Assembly: GCA_964019335.1 (NCBI GenBank)
Contig: OZ025670.1
Coordinates: forward strand, 620,001-684,000
DNA: 64,000 nt
From: Diplonema japonicum
Lineage: Eukaryota > Protista > Euglenozoa: Diplonemea
Reading direction: 5' to 3'
Numbering within the stretch: the first letter of the stretch is position 1; every line of letters begins with the position of its first letter. The notes below the pieces were generated by a model that saw nothing but the letters and a program-made list of their open reading frames with translations, was not told the origin of the DNA and did no database searches. The translations under genes and the position numbers were made by a program. Of the stretch, positions 22,081 to 33,902 are shown piece by piece.

Positions 22081-23502
22081 ATGGCTGACATCTTGAATAC
22101 CATGTCCCCCCCGCCGCCGCCAGCGGGGCCAATGCAGATACCACCACTTCCAATGACCACTGGAATGTCGCAACTCCCCATTACGTTGCAGAAGGACCCG
22201 GGGTTGCTCTATGGAGCAGATGTTGCAAACGTTGCAAGCGTGATCCCCATCCCCATAGGCCACGATTACCCACTCGATGCGGCAAGAATCAGCCCGAGAA
22301 GACCTGATCCCCCGTTGATACAAGTCCCGCAGTTTCCCCCACAGGTACTTGCGACGAACCTCTTGCCGCAGGCACCTATAGATGAGGCCAATGTCTTGTA
22401 CACTGTGGTGAAGAATAAGCTGATGTGGTTCTACAAGAGATTCAACCCTGGCAAGCTCCAGCTCATCGACAGAATACTGCGCGAGAGGGGTGGGGTCACA
22501 CGAGCAGTAGAAATCTTTGCAGAGTTGGGCGGACGGTACGAGGGCGCTCACTACTACCTCTCTGTCTACGACGCACTGGAGATCTTTTACAGTGACCACA
22601 ACGTTGAGAAAGTAGCACTAGTTGGTGCTGTAATGGAAGAGTGGAACGGGCGCGAGGACAGGCTCATGCGAACACTCGAAAAGAAGTACAACACGAGATT
22701 CTTCCAAGACCGTGGCCTTCTATCCATGCCATATGCACGGGCAGCGTCGAGCTCCCAGATGCACACTCCGATGCGACTCCGCGAACCGGAGACCTTACTG
22801 GACAAAACAGAGGCTTTTATCCGCGCTGTCTACAAGGTACACTGCCAGCAGATGGTCCCATTTATCCCCACTCTGATGGTCATATACAAAGACAGGTGCA
22901 GTGAGCTTATAGGTGCTGTATCGGCAAAGTTTGAGATCCCCGTCCCTCCAGATCTCGCCGCTTTGTTAAACTGCCAACCGCAGTCAGGACCAGGACAGCT
23001 GGACATGTTGCCGGGGATGACGCCCGAAATGCAAACTGAAATGCAAACAGCCATGCAAGGAGACTTACCAGGGCATGGGGGGGAGACGCAGGTGGTGATG
23101 GACGAGAAAGACGCGTTGATAACTGCGCAGATGCGTCTAATCGAAGACTACGCCATGCAGCTGGACCAGAGGAGGGAAGAAGCAAATGCACACCAGCAGA
23201 CAGTGGACTACTTGCGACATCTTCATGTTAAGGCCAACTCAGTCATCCAGAAGTTTGGCAGACATATTAAAAACATAAGTGTGGTCCAGCACTCCGTCAC
23301 TCCTGACACTGCTCCAGAGCTAGGCAAGCTGTGCGGCATCCTGGGTGTCGATGAGACACAGGCGCAGGCACCAGTGAACTCTCAGATATCACAACAGTTC
23401 TCCGTCGAGGTACCACTTGTGCCCTCTTACTACCAAAGCATGTACCTACCTTCCGATGACAACGAGTCCCTGCCTCCGAGCCCTGCTAAGAACAGGGTAT
23501 AA
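22081..23502 (+). CDS. Hypothetical protein with three short helical repeats and coiled coil
   Basis: 473-aa ORF; repeated FY..(F/H)N..K...+..++....G.E..L...L..KY-like units. Confidence 0.7.
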   Translation: MADILNTMSPPPPPAGPMQIPPLPMTTGMSQLPITLQKDPGLLYGADVANVASVIPIPIGHDYPLDAARISPRRPDPPLIQVPQFPPQVLATNLLPQAPIDEANVLYTVVKNKLMWFYKRFNPGKLQLIDRILRERGGVTRAVEIFAELGGRYEGAHYYLSVYDALEIFYSDHNVEKVALVGAVMEEWNGREDRLMRTLEKKYNTRFFQDRGLLSMPYARAASSSQMHTPMRLREPETLLDKTEAFIRAVYKVHCQQMVPFIPTLMVIYKDRCSELIGAVSAKFEIPVPPDLAALLNCQPQSGPGQLDMLPGMTPEMQTEMQTAMQGDLPGHGGETQVVMDEKDALITAQMRLIEDYAMQLDQRREEANAHQQTVDYLRHLHVKANSVIQKFGRHIKNISVVQHSVTPDTAPELGKLCGILGVDETQAQAPVNSQISQQFSVEVPLVPSYYQSMYLPSDDNESLPPSPAKNRV

Positions 23503-23596
23503 CTCTGCATTTAGATGCCATTATTGTTGTACTGTATATTTCGCATTTCATACTTAGCGTTACCCACTACACAGGAAATTCAATCCTTTCTAAACC

Positions 23597-24178
23597 ATGC
23601 AAGCTACCGTACAGCCCATGTCTCACGGCATGTATGTGTACCTCGCAGGGCTGGTCCCTGTGCAGGTTCCGCAGGGCCAGGTTTCACCTATCATTGAGCC
23701 CGCTGCGAATTTAAGTAGTGGGACAGGACAGCTGACAGCTTCCGGGACGGTGCACAAATCAGGGAGTAAGAACACGCCAAGCAGCAGCCCTGCATTTGTG
23801 TGGGATGGCTGGTGGTATGGGCCCGGTCTGAACCGCAAGGAGAGGAGGGCCATCATGTTCACTCAGCAAGACAAGAGGCAGATCAACAGCAAGAAGCTAC
23901 AGAACAGGGTGTGGGTCGGCACGCATATCCCCAATGGTACCGAGTTGCCATCTAGCCCCGTCGTTCGTCCCACGCCAGATGAAAAAGTTCTGCCTTGCTC
24001 ACCGCTGGCACTGCCAGTCAGCCAACTGTCGTGGTCACCCTCCACACAGGGCCTCACGCCAACCACAGACACGCCCATGACTCCGTTGACCTTGAGTCCT
24101 GAAAACACAGACCTAAGCGCTGAATACGATTTCGATCTGCCACCCTTGATGGAGGAGTGGTCTGATGAAGAGCTGTAG
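23597..24178 (+). CDS. Hypothetical Pro/Ser/Thr-rich protein
   Basis: 193-aa ORF after CACAG acceptor; compact motif WWYGPGLNRKERRAIMF; followed by ~780 bp non-coding DNA. Confidence 0.6.
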   Translation: MQATVQPMSHGMYVYLAGLVPVQVPQGQVSPIIEPAANLSSGTGQLTASGTVHKSGSKNTPSSSPAFVWDGWWYGPGLNRKERRAIMFTQQDKRQINSKKLQNRVWVGTHIPNGTELPSSPVVRPTPDEKVLPCSPLALPVSQLSWSPSTQGLTPTTDTPMTPLTLSPENTDLSAEYDFDLPPLMEEWSDEEL

Positions 24179-24962
24179 CATCCCACCCTTGTAAATCCCC
24201 TTCACCCCGCAGAGGCCGAGGACAGAAGAGCCTCCTGCAGCTTCCGCATTTAATTTGTCTCTGGACAGAAGGTGCATTGATGTTGAAGATCGCCCACGTT
24301 AGCGATGGATGGTCTCTGACCGTGCACAGGCGTTGGCAGTTTGTAAAGATTAAATTAAATCACTGCATTTTCTGTTCCTTCCGCTACCTTTGAACAAAGG
24401 GACTGCCTTATGCGCACCACGCAGGCCTGTGCAAGTAAGACGAATCTTGTTGTTCCTAAACTTTCAGAAGGATCGCTTTTAACAAAGCGATGTGTTCCTT
24501 GCGGCTCCTTGTTGGGCTTCTGTAAGGTGCACTTCTGCCTTTCCTTTAGGCCCTGTGCAAAAGCCCCTTAAAAAAAAAGCAAACGAGCTGCCAGTCTGAA
24601 GGCGCTGCGCTTACCAGTGCGGCCGCTTTCGTTTCAAAACATGACTACAACAGTCTTTTCTTTTAATGACGAAAGGACTCGCTCCCACCCTTCCTCCCTG
24701 CCTTTCTGAAAGATGAATGGTATTCCTCTCTTATGGTGGTAGTGAAGGTTCCACCAGTCATATTTTCTTGTTCTCTGTTTTCTGTTCGCAGGAAACAGAT
24801 GCGAGGCCTCTCTAAGCTTCTAACTAGTAACTGCAAAACGAGCCAGTGGTGCCTGTGTGCCCAGTTGCTCACCGGAACTACGTCGCAGTTTATTGGATGG
24901 TGCATCTCTCTTATTTGTTTTCTTGCACTTGACACTCATCGCTATTTTTCACACAGGAGGAG

Positions 24963-25762
24963 ATGAAGCGTGCGGCGCGTCACAAGAAGGATTCTAAGAA
25001 GGCGATATCCTTCTACAAACTGCACTATGGCATCAAGCCCCCTTACAGTGTTATTATGGATGCGGAGTTTTTGAAGGCGTGTGCGAACAACGGCTTGCAC
25101 CCTAGACACGAGGTGCTGACTGAACTGGATGAGAAGATGACGCCCATCACCACGAACGAGATCCTTGCACAGTTGAAAGAGGAGAGGGAATGGGAGAGCT
25201 TCAAGCACGCGAAGACGTTTTTTTTGATGAAAGAGAAGACGAAGGGCACAGCAGTCAGGGAAAATGTGATGCTGATCAGTGACACGGCGTGGAAGGATCG
25301 GGAGCTTTCTGCAGCAGCGCAGTCTATCAAGAGAATAGTGGGACGCACCAATGAAAACCACTACTTAGTCGCCAGCAACAACGCCGACCTGCGAAGAGAC
25401 CTAGGGAACGTCTCAGGGGTGCCTCTCATGCATGTTGACGAAGAGTTGAAGTATGCATCATAGCGTAGTATTATTACACAACCCACCACTGCAGGAAGGT
25501 AATTCTTGGCAAAGTCGGTAAGGCATCGCATTACCATGCATCCAGCACCGATGCCTCAAAGCTGAGTGCTGCCCTTTCAGCACCCGACAAGGCGTTCATC
25601 CGAGAGCTGAGGGGAGAAGAGGGCGATGAGGAGAAACCAGTGAACACCACCCCAGTTGTACAAACAGCAGCGGCGAGCACAGAGGGAAAGAGAAAATGGA
25701 AGGTGAAAGGGAGCAACCCCCTATCAATGAAAAAAAAACGGAAAAAGGATGACATCAGATAG
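24963..25762 (+). CDS. UTP23: rRNA-processing PIN-domain protein UTP23
   Basis: FYKLHYGIKPPY.VIMD..F, HYLVAS...LRR.L..V.GVPL; after intron 25451-25494 the C-terminal KGSNPLSMKKK motif appears. Confidence 0.9.
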
Positions 25763-26012
25763 CTTTTCTTATCAGTCGATCTTTTTGTGTTCTTTAAACA
25801 GTCCAAAAGCGCCTGATATCACCTAAGTGTGCCAAGCAGGTGGGTCACAGGTGATCTTTGAGAGAACCTCCAAAGGTTGTGAGTTATTAAGGTTTCTATG
25901 AAAGCCCTTGCCATTTTTGCTGCCCACGCTCAGAAGATTAAACATGGTTTAGACTTCTTACACATGGTGAGATAACAAAAAAGAAAACATAGGTTACAAA
26001 GAATAAAGTAAA

Positions 26013-26264
26013 ATGGTGCGCGGGTTCGTGGGACTCACATTCAAGGTGCCTGACTCCCTGGCGACAACAGTATGTTGGTTTCTTTCATGTATCAGCACAC
26101 AGCTTACCGGTGGCGCTGGGGTCCCTTCCCTTCCTACCGCTAGCAAGACTACACAGAAGAGTACTGCCAAAGCAGTACCCGCACCAGCAATGGCTCAGGC
26201 AGCAGCACCCCCAATGGCTCTTGCTGCAGCCCCTCCCGCCGCTTCCAAGGCGGCGGGCATTTAG
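26013..26264 (+). CDS. Small Ala/Pro-rich protein (72 aa after splicing)
   Basis: Good ATG context (AAAATGG), in-frame intron-like segment 26070-26102 (GTATG...CACAG). Confidence 0.55.
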   Translation: MVRGFVGLTFKVPDSLATTVCWFLSCISTQLTGGAGVPSLPTASKTTQKSTAKAVPAPAMAQAAAPPMALAAAPPAASKAAGI

Positions 26265-26362
26265 TTTACACGTTGACATCGAGTAGTGCAGTGCTTTCAT
26301 TTATCTGTTTTGGGTTGTTTTTTTTATGCAATCAGGACTACTACTAGGTCCCACTCGCAAAA

Positions 26363-27347
26363 ATGGCAAAGCAGCAGACGAAGAACAACAAGCCCATCAA
26401 AGAGCCGGTATGCTTCGTCACCACAACAACTCACGCAGACCAAGCCGGCTACTCCTGCTGACACGACACCGACGCCTGCCCCTGTCCAGAAGCCCTCTGT
26501 GGTGCCTCTCTTCGGGAGGAGCACTGACGTCATCCTGAGTGGTCTTTACTGCGCTCTTGGTGTTTCCTCTTTGTTCGCCCTTTTTGCAGGCTGCAAAGGG
26601 CAGGGCCCCAAGCACCATCCTCTTGTGGCCCCTGCCTGTGACTACGTTGCGCACATCTCGCTGGCGACTCCTTTGGAGCTGCGGGCCCTGTGGTACAAAG
26701 ATGTGTACGCGTCTGCCCACTCTGCGAATGAGTTCGTATGTCAAGCTTTCTCTTTTACGCAACACAGCTGCACTTTGCCTACTGCCTGAACAACATCATC
26801 TTCGCTCTCCCTTTGTCACTTGTGATGATTGTGGGTGCCAAGGGCAACGCCTTCCAGAAGCAAGCCATCATGCACGGGAGCATCCATCTCCTGCTGAGCG
26901 CCTTCTACTTCGCTGTCGGCTCTGCTGCCGTTGCCGAGAAGCAGCACGTCTTTGACGCTGCGTACATGGCGCAGATCGTTGTGCCCCTTCTGTTCCTGCA
27001 CCGCTGGTGGGGCGAGAATGTGTTCTCTGCTGCATCCCTCAAGTGCTCGGGCTTCCTGTGCGCCATCACGCACTTCTTCGTTGTCCTTGCTGTCTTGAGC
27101 GGCCTCGGATTTGTGCTGGTCACTGTGTACGAGTGGGCCATCGACTCCCACAAAGACTTCAAGGGCTACCAGCGTGTGTCGCCCCACTTCGAGGTTTACA
27201 CGAAGGTTGCCGCTGGACATGCAAAGGATGCCGGTGAGCAGCTGAACGCTAAGTTGCAGGAGCTTGGCAAGGTATGCTTGCATCTTGTTATCCTACAATA
27301 CACCTCAGACCGTCATCGAGCAGGTCAACGCTCTCACACAGAAGTAG
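26363..27347 (+). CDS. Multi-pass membrane protein, possibly EXPERA/TMEM97-like
   Basis: Introns 26408-26438, 26736-26767, 27272-27308 join track ORFs; strong codon bias; 5-6 hydrophobic helices; Y....VVPLLFL.R resembles the end of EXPERA domains (weak). Confidence 0.65.
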
Positions 27348-27759
27348 GCGCATCTGCCCTGTGCTTCTTTGTTATTTTCGTCTCACTCGAGTGTACAACG
27401 CATGAATAACTTAAAAGATTGAAAAAGAAAACAAGGTTTCTCATCTCACTTTTCTCTTCTCCCTTGTTTCTTTTTTTTTTTTTTTTTTTTTTCTTTTTTT
27501 TTTTTTTGCATATTTTTCTCCGAAGATGTTGCGCATAGTACAAGAGGTAGGTGGCGCACATAATTTAGCTCCATACCAGTGTTATGAATGGTTATTATTA
27601 TTTTTTTTTAAACACACTGCATGAGGATCTACGAAGCCCGTGCAGAAAAGACAAAAGCTTCCCTCACGTTATTATTATTTCTTTCTATAAAGTGCTCTTT
27701 TTTATATCTTCAGATTTTTGTAACTGTTCACAAGGCGCATATAAAAGAAGACAAAAATA

Positions 27760-29174
27760 ATGAATGTCGAGGCTTGCCGCCAGCTGCATGAAGACATTGA
27801 GAGGAACACGGAGGAGATAGTGGCAGAGCTCACGTACGGGACGCGAGGCTCGCACAGGCAGAAGACCATTCATGAGCACTTCTTGAATGACACCATCAAT
27901 ACAATGCGTGACAAAAAGCGGAAGCTGATTGAGATATACAGGGAGTATGAGAAGGAGTCAAAGGAGCCAGTGCCACTGAGCACTGTCGAGAACCAGTTTT
28001 ACACAGACTTGGCCAACCTCAAAGAATACCACAGGAAGTTCTCGAAGCTCACGCATGAGGAGGTATGACTGCAAACAAAACAATCTCATTCGTACAGCCG
28101 CCTCTGAACAGGCCTGACCCGGACAACTTTGCTATCAGATTCAGCGGCGAGGAGGGTTTCGGGAGGTACCTTGACATGCACCATCTATACAACATGTTCA
28201 TGGCACTGCCTTTCAACTACGAAACGACGGAGGCGAAGGACAAGGCTGGGTACCAGGCGCTGGTGGGGCTGAAAGTGCGGAGCATTGATTACTACGATTG
28301 GGTGAAGATGTGCACCATGTTTCACAACCTCCCCATCAAGAGCAAGAACCAGCAGTACAAGGAATACCTCGAGGCGATGCTCAAATATCTTACCGAGTTC
28401 TACTCGAAGGCGCAGCCACTGGCCATGGACGCTGCAGACGTGATCAAGGAAGGTGACGAGAACTTCGAAAGCAGATGGGGCACAGACGGGGTGCTGGGGT
28501 GGGAACACACGAAGCCCAAGACAATCCCGACCGACAAGAAGCTCACCAAAGGTGAGCGGGTGTGGGTGTTCCAAAGGTCTGTCGCACGGCTTGAGGAGCT
28601 AGTGCAACGTTTCTACGACATGTTGGGTGACTATGTGCAGCAGACGCTTGCCATGCTTGACAGAAAGGAAACCAGGTCTAAGGAGGAGCTCGATGCTGAA
28701 GTAGAGAGAGAGGAAGAGGAAGCTAAGAAGATGTACGAAGCACGCTTCGGCACTACAAAGGTAGAAGAAGAGGAGAAGGATAACATTGTGCCTTCCCTTC
28801 AGAATGCGAAGAACCTCCCTGTAGGTTATGACGGGGCACCCATCCCCTTCTGGCTGTACAGGCTTCACGGCCTCAACATGAAATACACCTGTGAGATCTG
28901 CAGAGGGTACACATACGTGGGCCCCAAGGCGTTTGACAAGCACTTCCAAGAGGCACGCCACGCACACGGCATGCAGTGCCTCCGTATCCCCAACACAAGA
29001 CACTTCCATCACGTGACGCAGATCAACGACGCCATAGCCATATGGAAGAAGATCAAGACAGACGCCCTCGAAAAGCAGTGGAATGCTGACAACGAGCAGG
29101 AGTTTGAAGACAGCGAAGGGCACGTCTTCAATAAGAAGACACGTGACGACATGAGACGCCAGGGCCTGATGTGA
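27760..29174 (+). CDS. SF3A3: Splicing factor SF3a60 / Prp9 (U2 snRNP)
   Basis: FSGEEGFGRYLD and IPFWLYRLHGL...YTCEIC..YTY.G.KAF.KHF.E.RHAHGM.CL.IPNT; intron 28063-28097. Confidence 0.95.
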
Positions 29175-29242
29175 TCAACATTTAGTGTCAGAAGTGTTTG
29201 CTTAGTTTTTTTAATGCACAATATGCAGCCACACAGGTTATT

Positions 29243-31519
29243 ATGCCTCCCAAAGCTAAGCCTAAGCCTAAGCCCAAGCCAAAGAGCAAGCGAAGTGCTT
29301 CGTGTAAAATCCCTCTCCCGGCTGAACTACCGCCGCCAGAGCCTTTGGCCAAGAAACCGCGTCGAAGCTATCTGTTTAAAGAGAACGGGTGCCTCATGGA
29401 CGGCTTGACATTAAGGCCGCTCAAAGCGAAGGATGTGAGGTTTGCTTTTCGCATGTTCAAGAAGAATGAGGAACGACACACGGAGAATACCAAGTCGCTC
29501 ATGCAAGGGTTCAAAGAGCACGAGGCACGCGAACTGAAGAAAAGGCTAAAGCTGCTGCGTGAGGGGGATGATGAAGCGTACAAGATGATGCTCGCAAACT
29601 CTTCTGACGACAGGTACAAGGTCATCGCGGAGAAGACAGACAGTATCCTAGAGTCGCTGGGCATCAAAAAAGAGAACATGGACTTCGAGGTGCTACCGCA
29701 GCCGGCTGTGTTCATCGGTGTCGTCTTGAAGCCCTACCAGCTAGAGGGGATGTCGTGGATGTATAACAATTACAAGAAGGGGCTCAGCTGTGTCCTCGCA
29801 GATGAGATGGGCCTCGGCAAGACAGCACAGACCATTGCATTGATGTGTCTTGTGGACACTGAACAGCAGTACAAGCACTTGGTGGTGGCACCTCTCAGCA
29901 CATTAGATAACTGGGTAGCTGAGTTTAAGAGAATGGCTCCCCACTACAACGTGCTGAAGTATCACGGTCCCAAGGCAGCCAGACGAGAGCTCAGTGCAAG
30001 GATAGCAAAAGGGAGCTTCGACGTTGTAGTGACACAGTATGCTACGCTGCAGAACATCAGGTTGAGCGATATGCTCAAGACGCTGCAGAGGGTCGATTGG
30101 AGGTACGTCATTGTTGATGAAGGGCACAAGTTGAACAACACGCAGACAACCTTCAGCAAGAACGTCCGTAGTTTGGCGGCACCACGCAGGCTCCTGCTCA
30201 CAGGCACCCCTTTGCAGAACGATGTGTTGGAGCTGTGGGCGCTGCTTAACTTCCTGATGCCAGTGCTGTTCCCCAAGTCGGTGAGCTTCGATGAGTGGTT
30301 CACGGTGGACAAGAAGGTGCAAACAGAGGAAGAAAAGCTCCTCCTCGCCAGACGTTTACATGGCTTGTTGCGTCCGTTCCTGCTGAGACGCGAGAAGAAT
30401 AACGTACTCACACAGCTCGCGAGAAAGAAGGTCCACACGGTGCACGTGGCACTGACCCCCATGCAGCGTCTGCTGTACTCACAAGCTGTTGAACACAAGG
30501 TGATCGGACCTATGATGCACGAAGAGACGACATCCTTAGAACAGACGTCATACATGACGTTGAGGAAGATATGCAACCACCCGTACCTGGTATTGCCAGG
30601 AAGGATTCCTCTTTCCTTTTACAACCAGTACCTTGTGTCATGTTCCGGGAAATTGCGCGTACTGAGCAGGATCCTCACAAGGCTAAAGGTCACACATCAC
30701 AAATGTCTGGTCTTCACGCAGTTCACAAGTGTACTGAATGTGCTAGAGGATTTCTTTGACTCTGCATTTGGCTGGTCGGTAGGTAAGGAGTTTTGCAGGC
30801 TGGACGGCTCTGTGGCTTTGGACAGTAGGAGGGAAGAGATTGATAGGTTTCAAACCTGTGACGAGTGCCACGTGTTTATTCTCAGTACACGTGCAGGAGG
30901 ACAGGGCATCAACCTGCAGGCGGCAGACACTGTTGTGTTCTTCGACATGGACTGGAACCCCATGCAGGACATGCAAGCCACTGCCAGAGCGCATCGCTTG
31001 GGGCAACTGAACGAGGTGAGGATTTTCAGGCTGCTTACAGGAGCGCCTGTGGAGCAGCACATGCACGACGTAGCGGAGGAAAAGGTGGAGTACGAGGCTC
31101 TGGCCATCAAGGCAGGGATGTACGACCAGAAGTCGACACTTGGACAGCGAGACCAGAGGATGAAGGAGGTACTTCAAATGCACGCCAATAATGACAGTGC
31201 CGACGTGACAGCTGATGAAGAACTGGACAAAATGCTTGCAAGGAACGACAAGGACCTCGAGTTGTTTGCGCAGATAAGAGACGAGACGGTGCTCTTGGCA
31301 GAGGTCCCTAGCTTGTTTGCTGAAGCACAAGAACGAGCCATTGTGAGGAACAACAATAACAAGCCTCTGACTATGAAGGAGATGGCTGCGATAAAGCTAC
31401 CGCCGAGAAGAGGTAACCGAACAAATCAGGACAACAACAACGTGACCTATCCCGGATTGGGACTCGTTGCTTACGCGGACGAGTCGAGCGACACCAGCAG
31501 CAGCAGCAGCAGTGAATAG
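29243..31519 (+). CDS. SNF2-family chromatin-remodelling ATPase (Snf2/Brm-like core)
   Basis: LADEMGLGKT, VDEGH, LLTGTPLQN, LSTRAGGQGINL, DWNP..D.QA.ARAHRLGQ; no bromodomain visible. Confidence 0.95.
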   Translation: MPPKAKPKPKPKPKSKRSASCKIPLPAELPPPEPLAKKPRRSYLFKENGCLMDGLTLRPLKAKDVRFAFRMFKKNEERHTENTKSLMQGFKEHEARELKKRLKLLREGDDEAYKMMLANSSDDRYKVIAEKTDSILESLGIKKENMDFEVLPQPAVFIGVVLKPYQLEGMSWMYNNYKKGLSCVLADEMGLGKTAQTIALMCLVDTEQQYKHLVVAPLSTLDNWVAEFKRMAPHYNVLKYHGPKAARRELSARIAKGSFDVVVTQYATLQNIRLSDMLKTLQRVDWRYVIVDEGHKLNNTQTTFSKNVRSLAAPRRLLLTGTPLQNDVLELWALLNFLMPVLFPKSVSFDEWFTVDKKVQTEEEKLLLARRLHGLLRPFLLRREKNNVLTQLARKKVHTVHVALTPMQRLLYSQAVEHKVIGPMMHEETTSLEQTSYMTLRKICNHPYLVLPGRIPLSFYNQYLVSCSGKLRVLSRILTRLKVTHHKCLVFTQFTSVLNVLEDFFDSAFGWSVGKEFCRLDGSVALDSRREEIDRFQTCDECHVFILSTRAGGQGINLQAADTVVFFDMDWNPMQDMQATARAHRLGQLNEVRIFRLLTGAPVEQHMHDVAEEKVEYEALAIKAGMYDQKSTLGQRDQRMKEVLQMHANNDSADVTADEELDKMLARNDKDLELFAQIRDETVLLAEVPSLFAEAQERAIVRNNNNKPLTMKEMAAIKLPPRRGNRTNQDNNNVTYPGLGLVAYADESSDTSSSSSSE

Positions 31520-31608
31520 CAGTGCCACACACGGCCTGACATCTCTCATTTTACACCTTTATTTCGTTGTTTGAGGTGTTGTGTTACCACTGCAGGTTTA
31601 GCAATAAA

Positions 31609-32366
31609 ATGTCAGCAGCGGCAGATGCCTTCGACGCAACCATGGGGGCAGGGGGCGCCACTATGGAGCTGAGGAAAGATATGATCGCAGGCGTTCTGCT
31701 TGGTGGGCTTCTCATCGTTATGCTGATGAAGAGGAAGAAGGTAGAGGCGGATGAAGCTGTCCCGAGGTGCGCAGTGTTGACGGTGGATGCTGACTATGAT
31801 GTGGGGAGCACTACGAACGCGGCGGTTGCTGAGCTGATGAACACACAGGCGTTCAAGGAGATGAGAAAGACGAAGGTGCAAAAGCTTTCGGTTGCCTACG
31901 AGGCCACGAGGAGGAGCCTTGCCTACGCATCCACAACCATGTGCTTTGTGGGTGGCTTCCTTTTCTACTTGCAAATGTATGTAGTGCTCAGTAACCACAC
32001 TCTCACCATCTCACCATTCACAGTGTCAACTACAAGGTGCGGTACATCAACGCCCAAGAAGCAACACTACCGTGTGTCTTTGCTGGCGTTGCTGCCCACG
32101 TTCTCCCTATACTTGGAGTGGTATGGCCTGACACACACAGCGCAATTCTACAGGATTTCTTTGTCTCATCATACATTGCCTTTGCGGCAAGTGCTTGCCT
32201 CCTGGCCAACTATCACATGCTAGACCTTCCCCACATAGAGATCGCTTCTGGTGTGTGGCTTGTTGTAAGCTGCTTCGTTGTCTCTGTGCTGTTTACAGTG
32301 CTCGACTGCGCGGCTGCCAGCAGGAAGAGTAAGAAGATCTCTGTACTCTACAACAAGCCCAGCTGA
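31609..32366 (+). CDS. Hypothetical multi-pass membrane protein
   Basis: Intron 31977-32023 joins ORFs 31567 and 32037; several TM segments. Confidence 0.65.
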
Positions 32367-33058
32367 GCGAGATGAGCAAGATAAGGAGGACTACGGAAGA
32401 AGATGAAAAAAAGAATTACGAAGAGGAAAAGAGAGTACGCATCGTGCCTTTTTTTTTTATACTTTTATTTCTGTTCTCCCATGTGTTAGAAAAAAGAAAG
32501 GGGGGAAAAAAGGCAAATAAAATAGTTTTTATGTTAAATACACCCACCTCTGACCCCCCCCCCCCCCCCCCCCTATCCAAGGTTGTTTTTTGTCTAAATT
32601 CCATGCAACCCACCCACTACCCGGATTACTTGCCTCTCTCCCTGTCTGATACCCAACTTTAGATGACCATATTTGGTTTTTTTTTCCTTCTTTTCTTTCT
32701 GTCTTTTCTTAGGCCCCTCGTATATCTTAAGAGCCCATTAGGGGGGCCTTTTTTTTCCAGGCCACTTTCTGGCTTTTATACGAAGCCCAGAAAGTGTTTG
32801 CCACGAGCCTGATGTTAATGGCACCCAGGTTGAGGAAGTCTTTTTCTTCAACTACTTGGGGGATCTAAATTAAAAAAAAAGAACTCCGGGAGAGATTGTA
32901 AAAAAGAGGCGGGAAAATAAAAGGAAAAGAAAAAGCGAGACCCTTTTTTTTTTGGAAGGGCATGTATTGCGGATGTATTAAAAGTACCTGCTTTATTTAT
33001 TTATTTCTTTTAAACACGACCATTCAAAAAAGAAAAAGAGAGAAAAGGAGAGGCAAGA

Positions 33059-33751
33059 ATGCAAATCAAAGTGAAACACGGAAAGGTGAAGGTGGAAGTA
33101 GAGGTGGAAGATGGGGGGTCCGTGCAGGATTTGAAAAAGGGGGTTGAGGAGAAGACGGGGATCCCTGTAGGGAATCAGAAGCTAGTGCTGGCGGGGAAGC
33201 AACTGACAGACGGAACAGCGGGGCTGACAGCAGTAGGGGTGACAGCGAAGAGTGTACTGATGGTGACAGGCTCGACAAATGCGGAGGCGTTGGCAGCAGG
33301 GATAAAGCCTGCCGTGGTGCCGACAATGGTGGCGGCTGTGCAGCAGGAAGCCGGTGTCCCGTTATGTGAAGAGACACAGCACGCCAAGGTGGTGGCGGCA
33401 GGGCCACCAGAGACATCTGACTTCGACCCTGCGCGTGTTGCCCCCCGCCCCCTACCCATCGATGAGTCATCCAGAGAACCCTTCCTCCGCGACATCATGA
33501 ACGCCTCCAAGCAGCGGGTCAGGCTACGTTTGCAGTCCATGAAGTCGCAGCTCACAGTTGCAACGGAGTCCGACATGAAGACCATCCCCTTCGGCAACAT
33601 ATCCCGCATTACCTCTGAGCCTATCACCTCCCACCCTACCTACCACATCCTCGTTATACACCTTGGCGACTCGGCCAATAGTAAGTTTTACCTGTATTGG
33701 TTCCCTGTTCAGTTTGTGCAAAATCTTAAGAACATTATTTTTGGATTCTAG
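33059..33751 (+). CDS. UBFD1: Ubiquitin-like domain protein UBFD1
   Basis: N-terminal UBL (TGIP...QKL...GK) plus C-terminal LC....H.KV...GPP...YHIL...LG....S...LYW.P.QFV..+K region. Confidence 0.8.
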   Translation: MQIKVKHGKVKVEVEVEDGGSVQDLKKGVEEKTGIPVGNQKLVLAGKQLTDGTAGLTAVGVTAKSVLMVTGSTNAEALAAGIKPAVVPTMVAAVQQEAGVPLCEETQHAKVVAAGPPETSDFDPARVAPRPLPIDESSREPFLRDIMNASKQRVRLRLQSMKSQLTVATESDMKTIPFGNISRITSEPITSHPTYHILVIHLGDSANSKFYLYWFPVQFVQNLKNIIFGF

Positions 33752-33902
33752 CTGAGGGAAAGGGTGTTTTTTTTTTTTTTTCTTTTTTGTTCTGTCCCCC
33801 CCGCCCCCACATTTTTTTTCTCGTATAACAGTACATTATCTGTGCTTCCAGACTGTTCGTTGGCGGCGCAGCTTTAAACCCGCTACTGCGCACATGCAGA
33901 AC

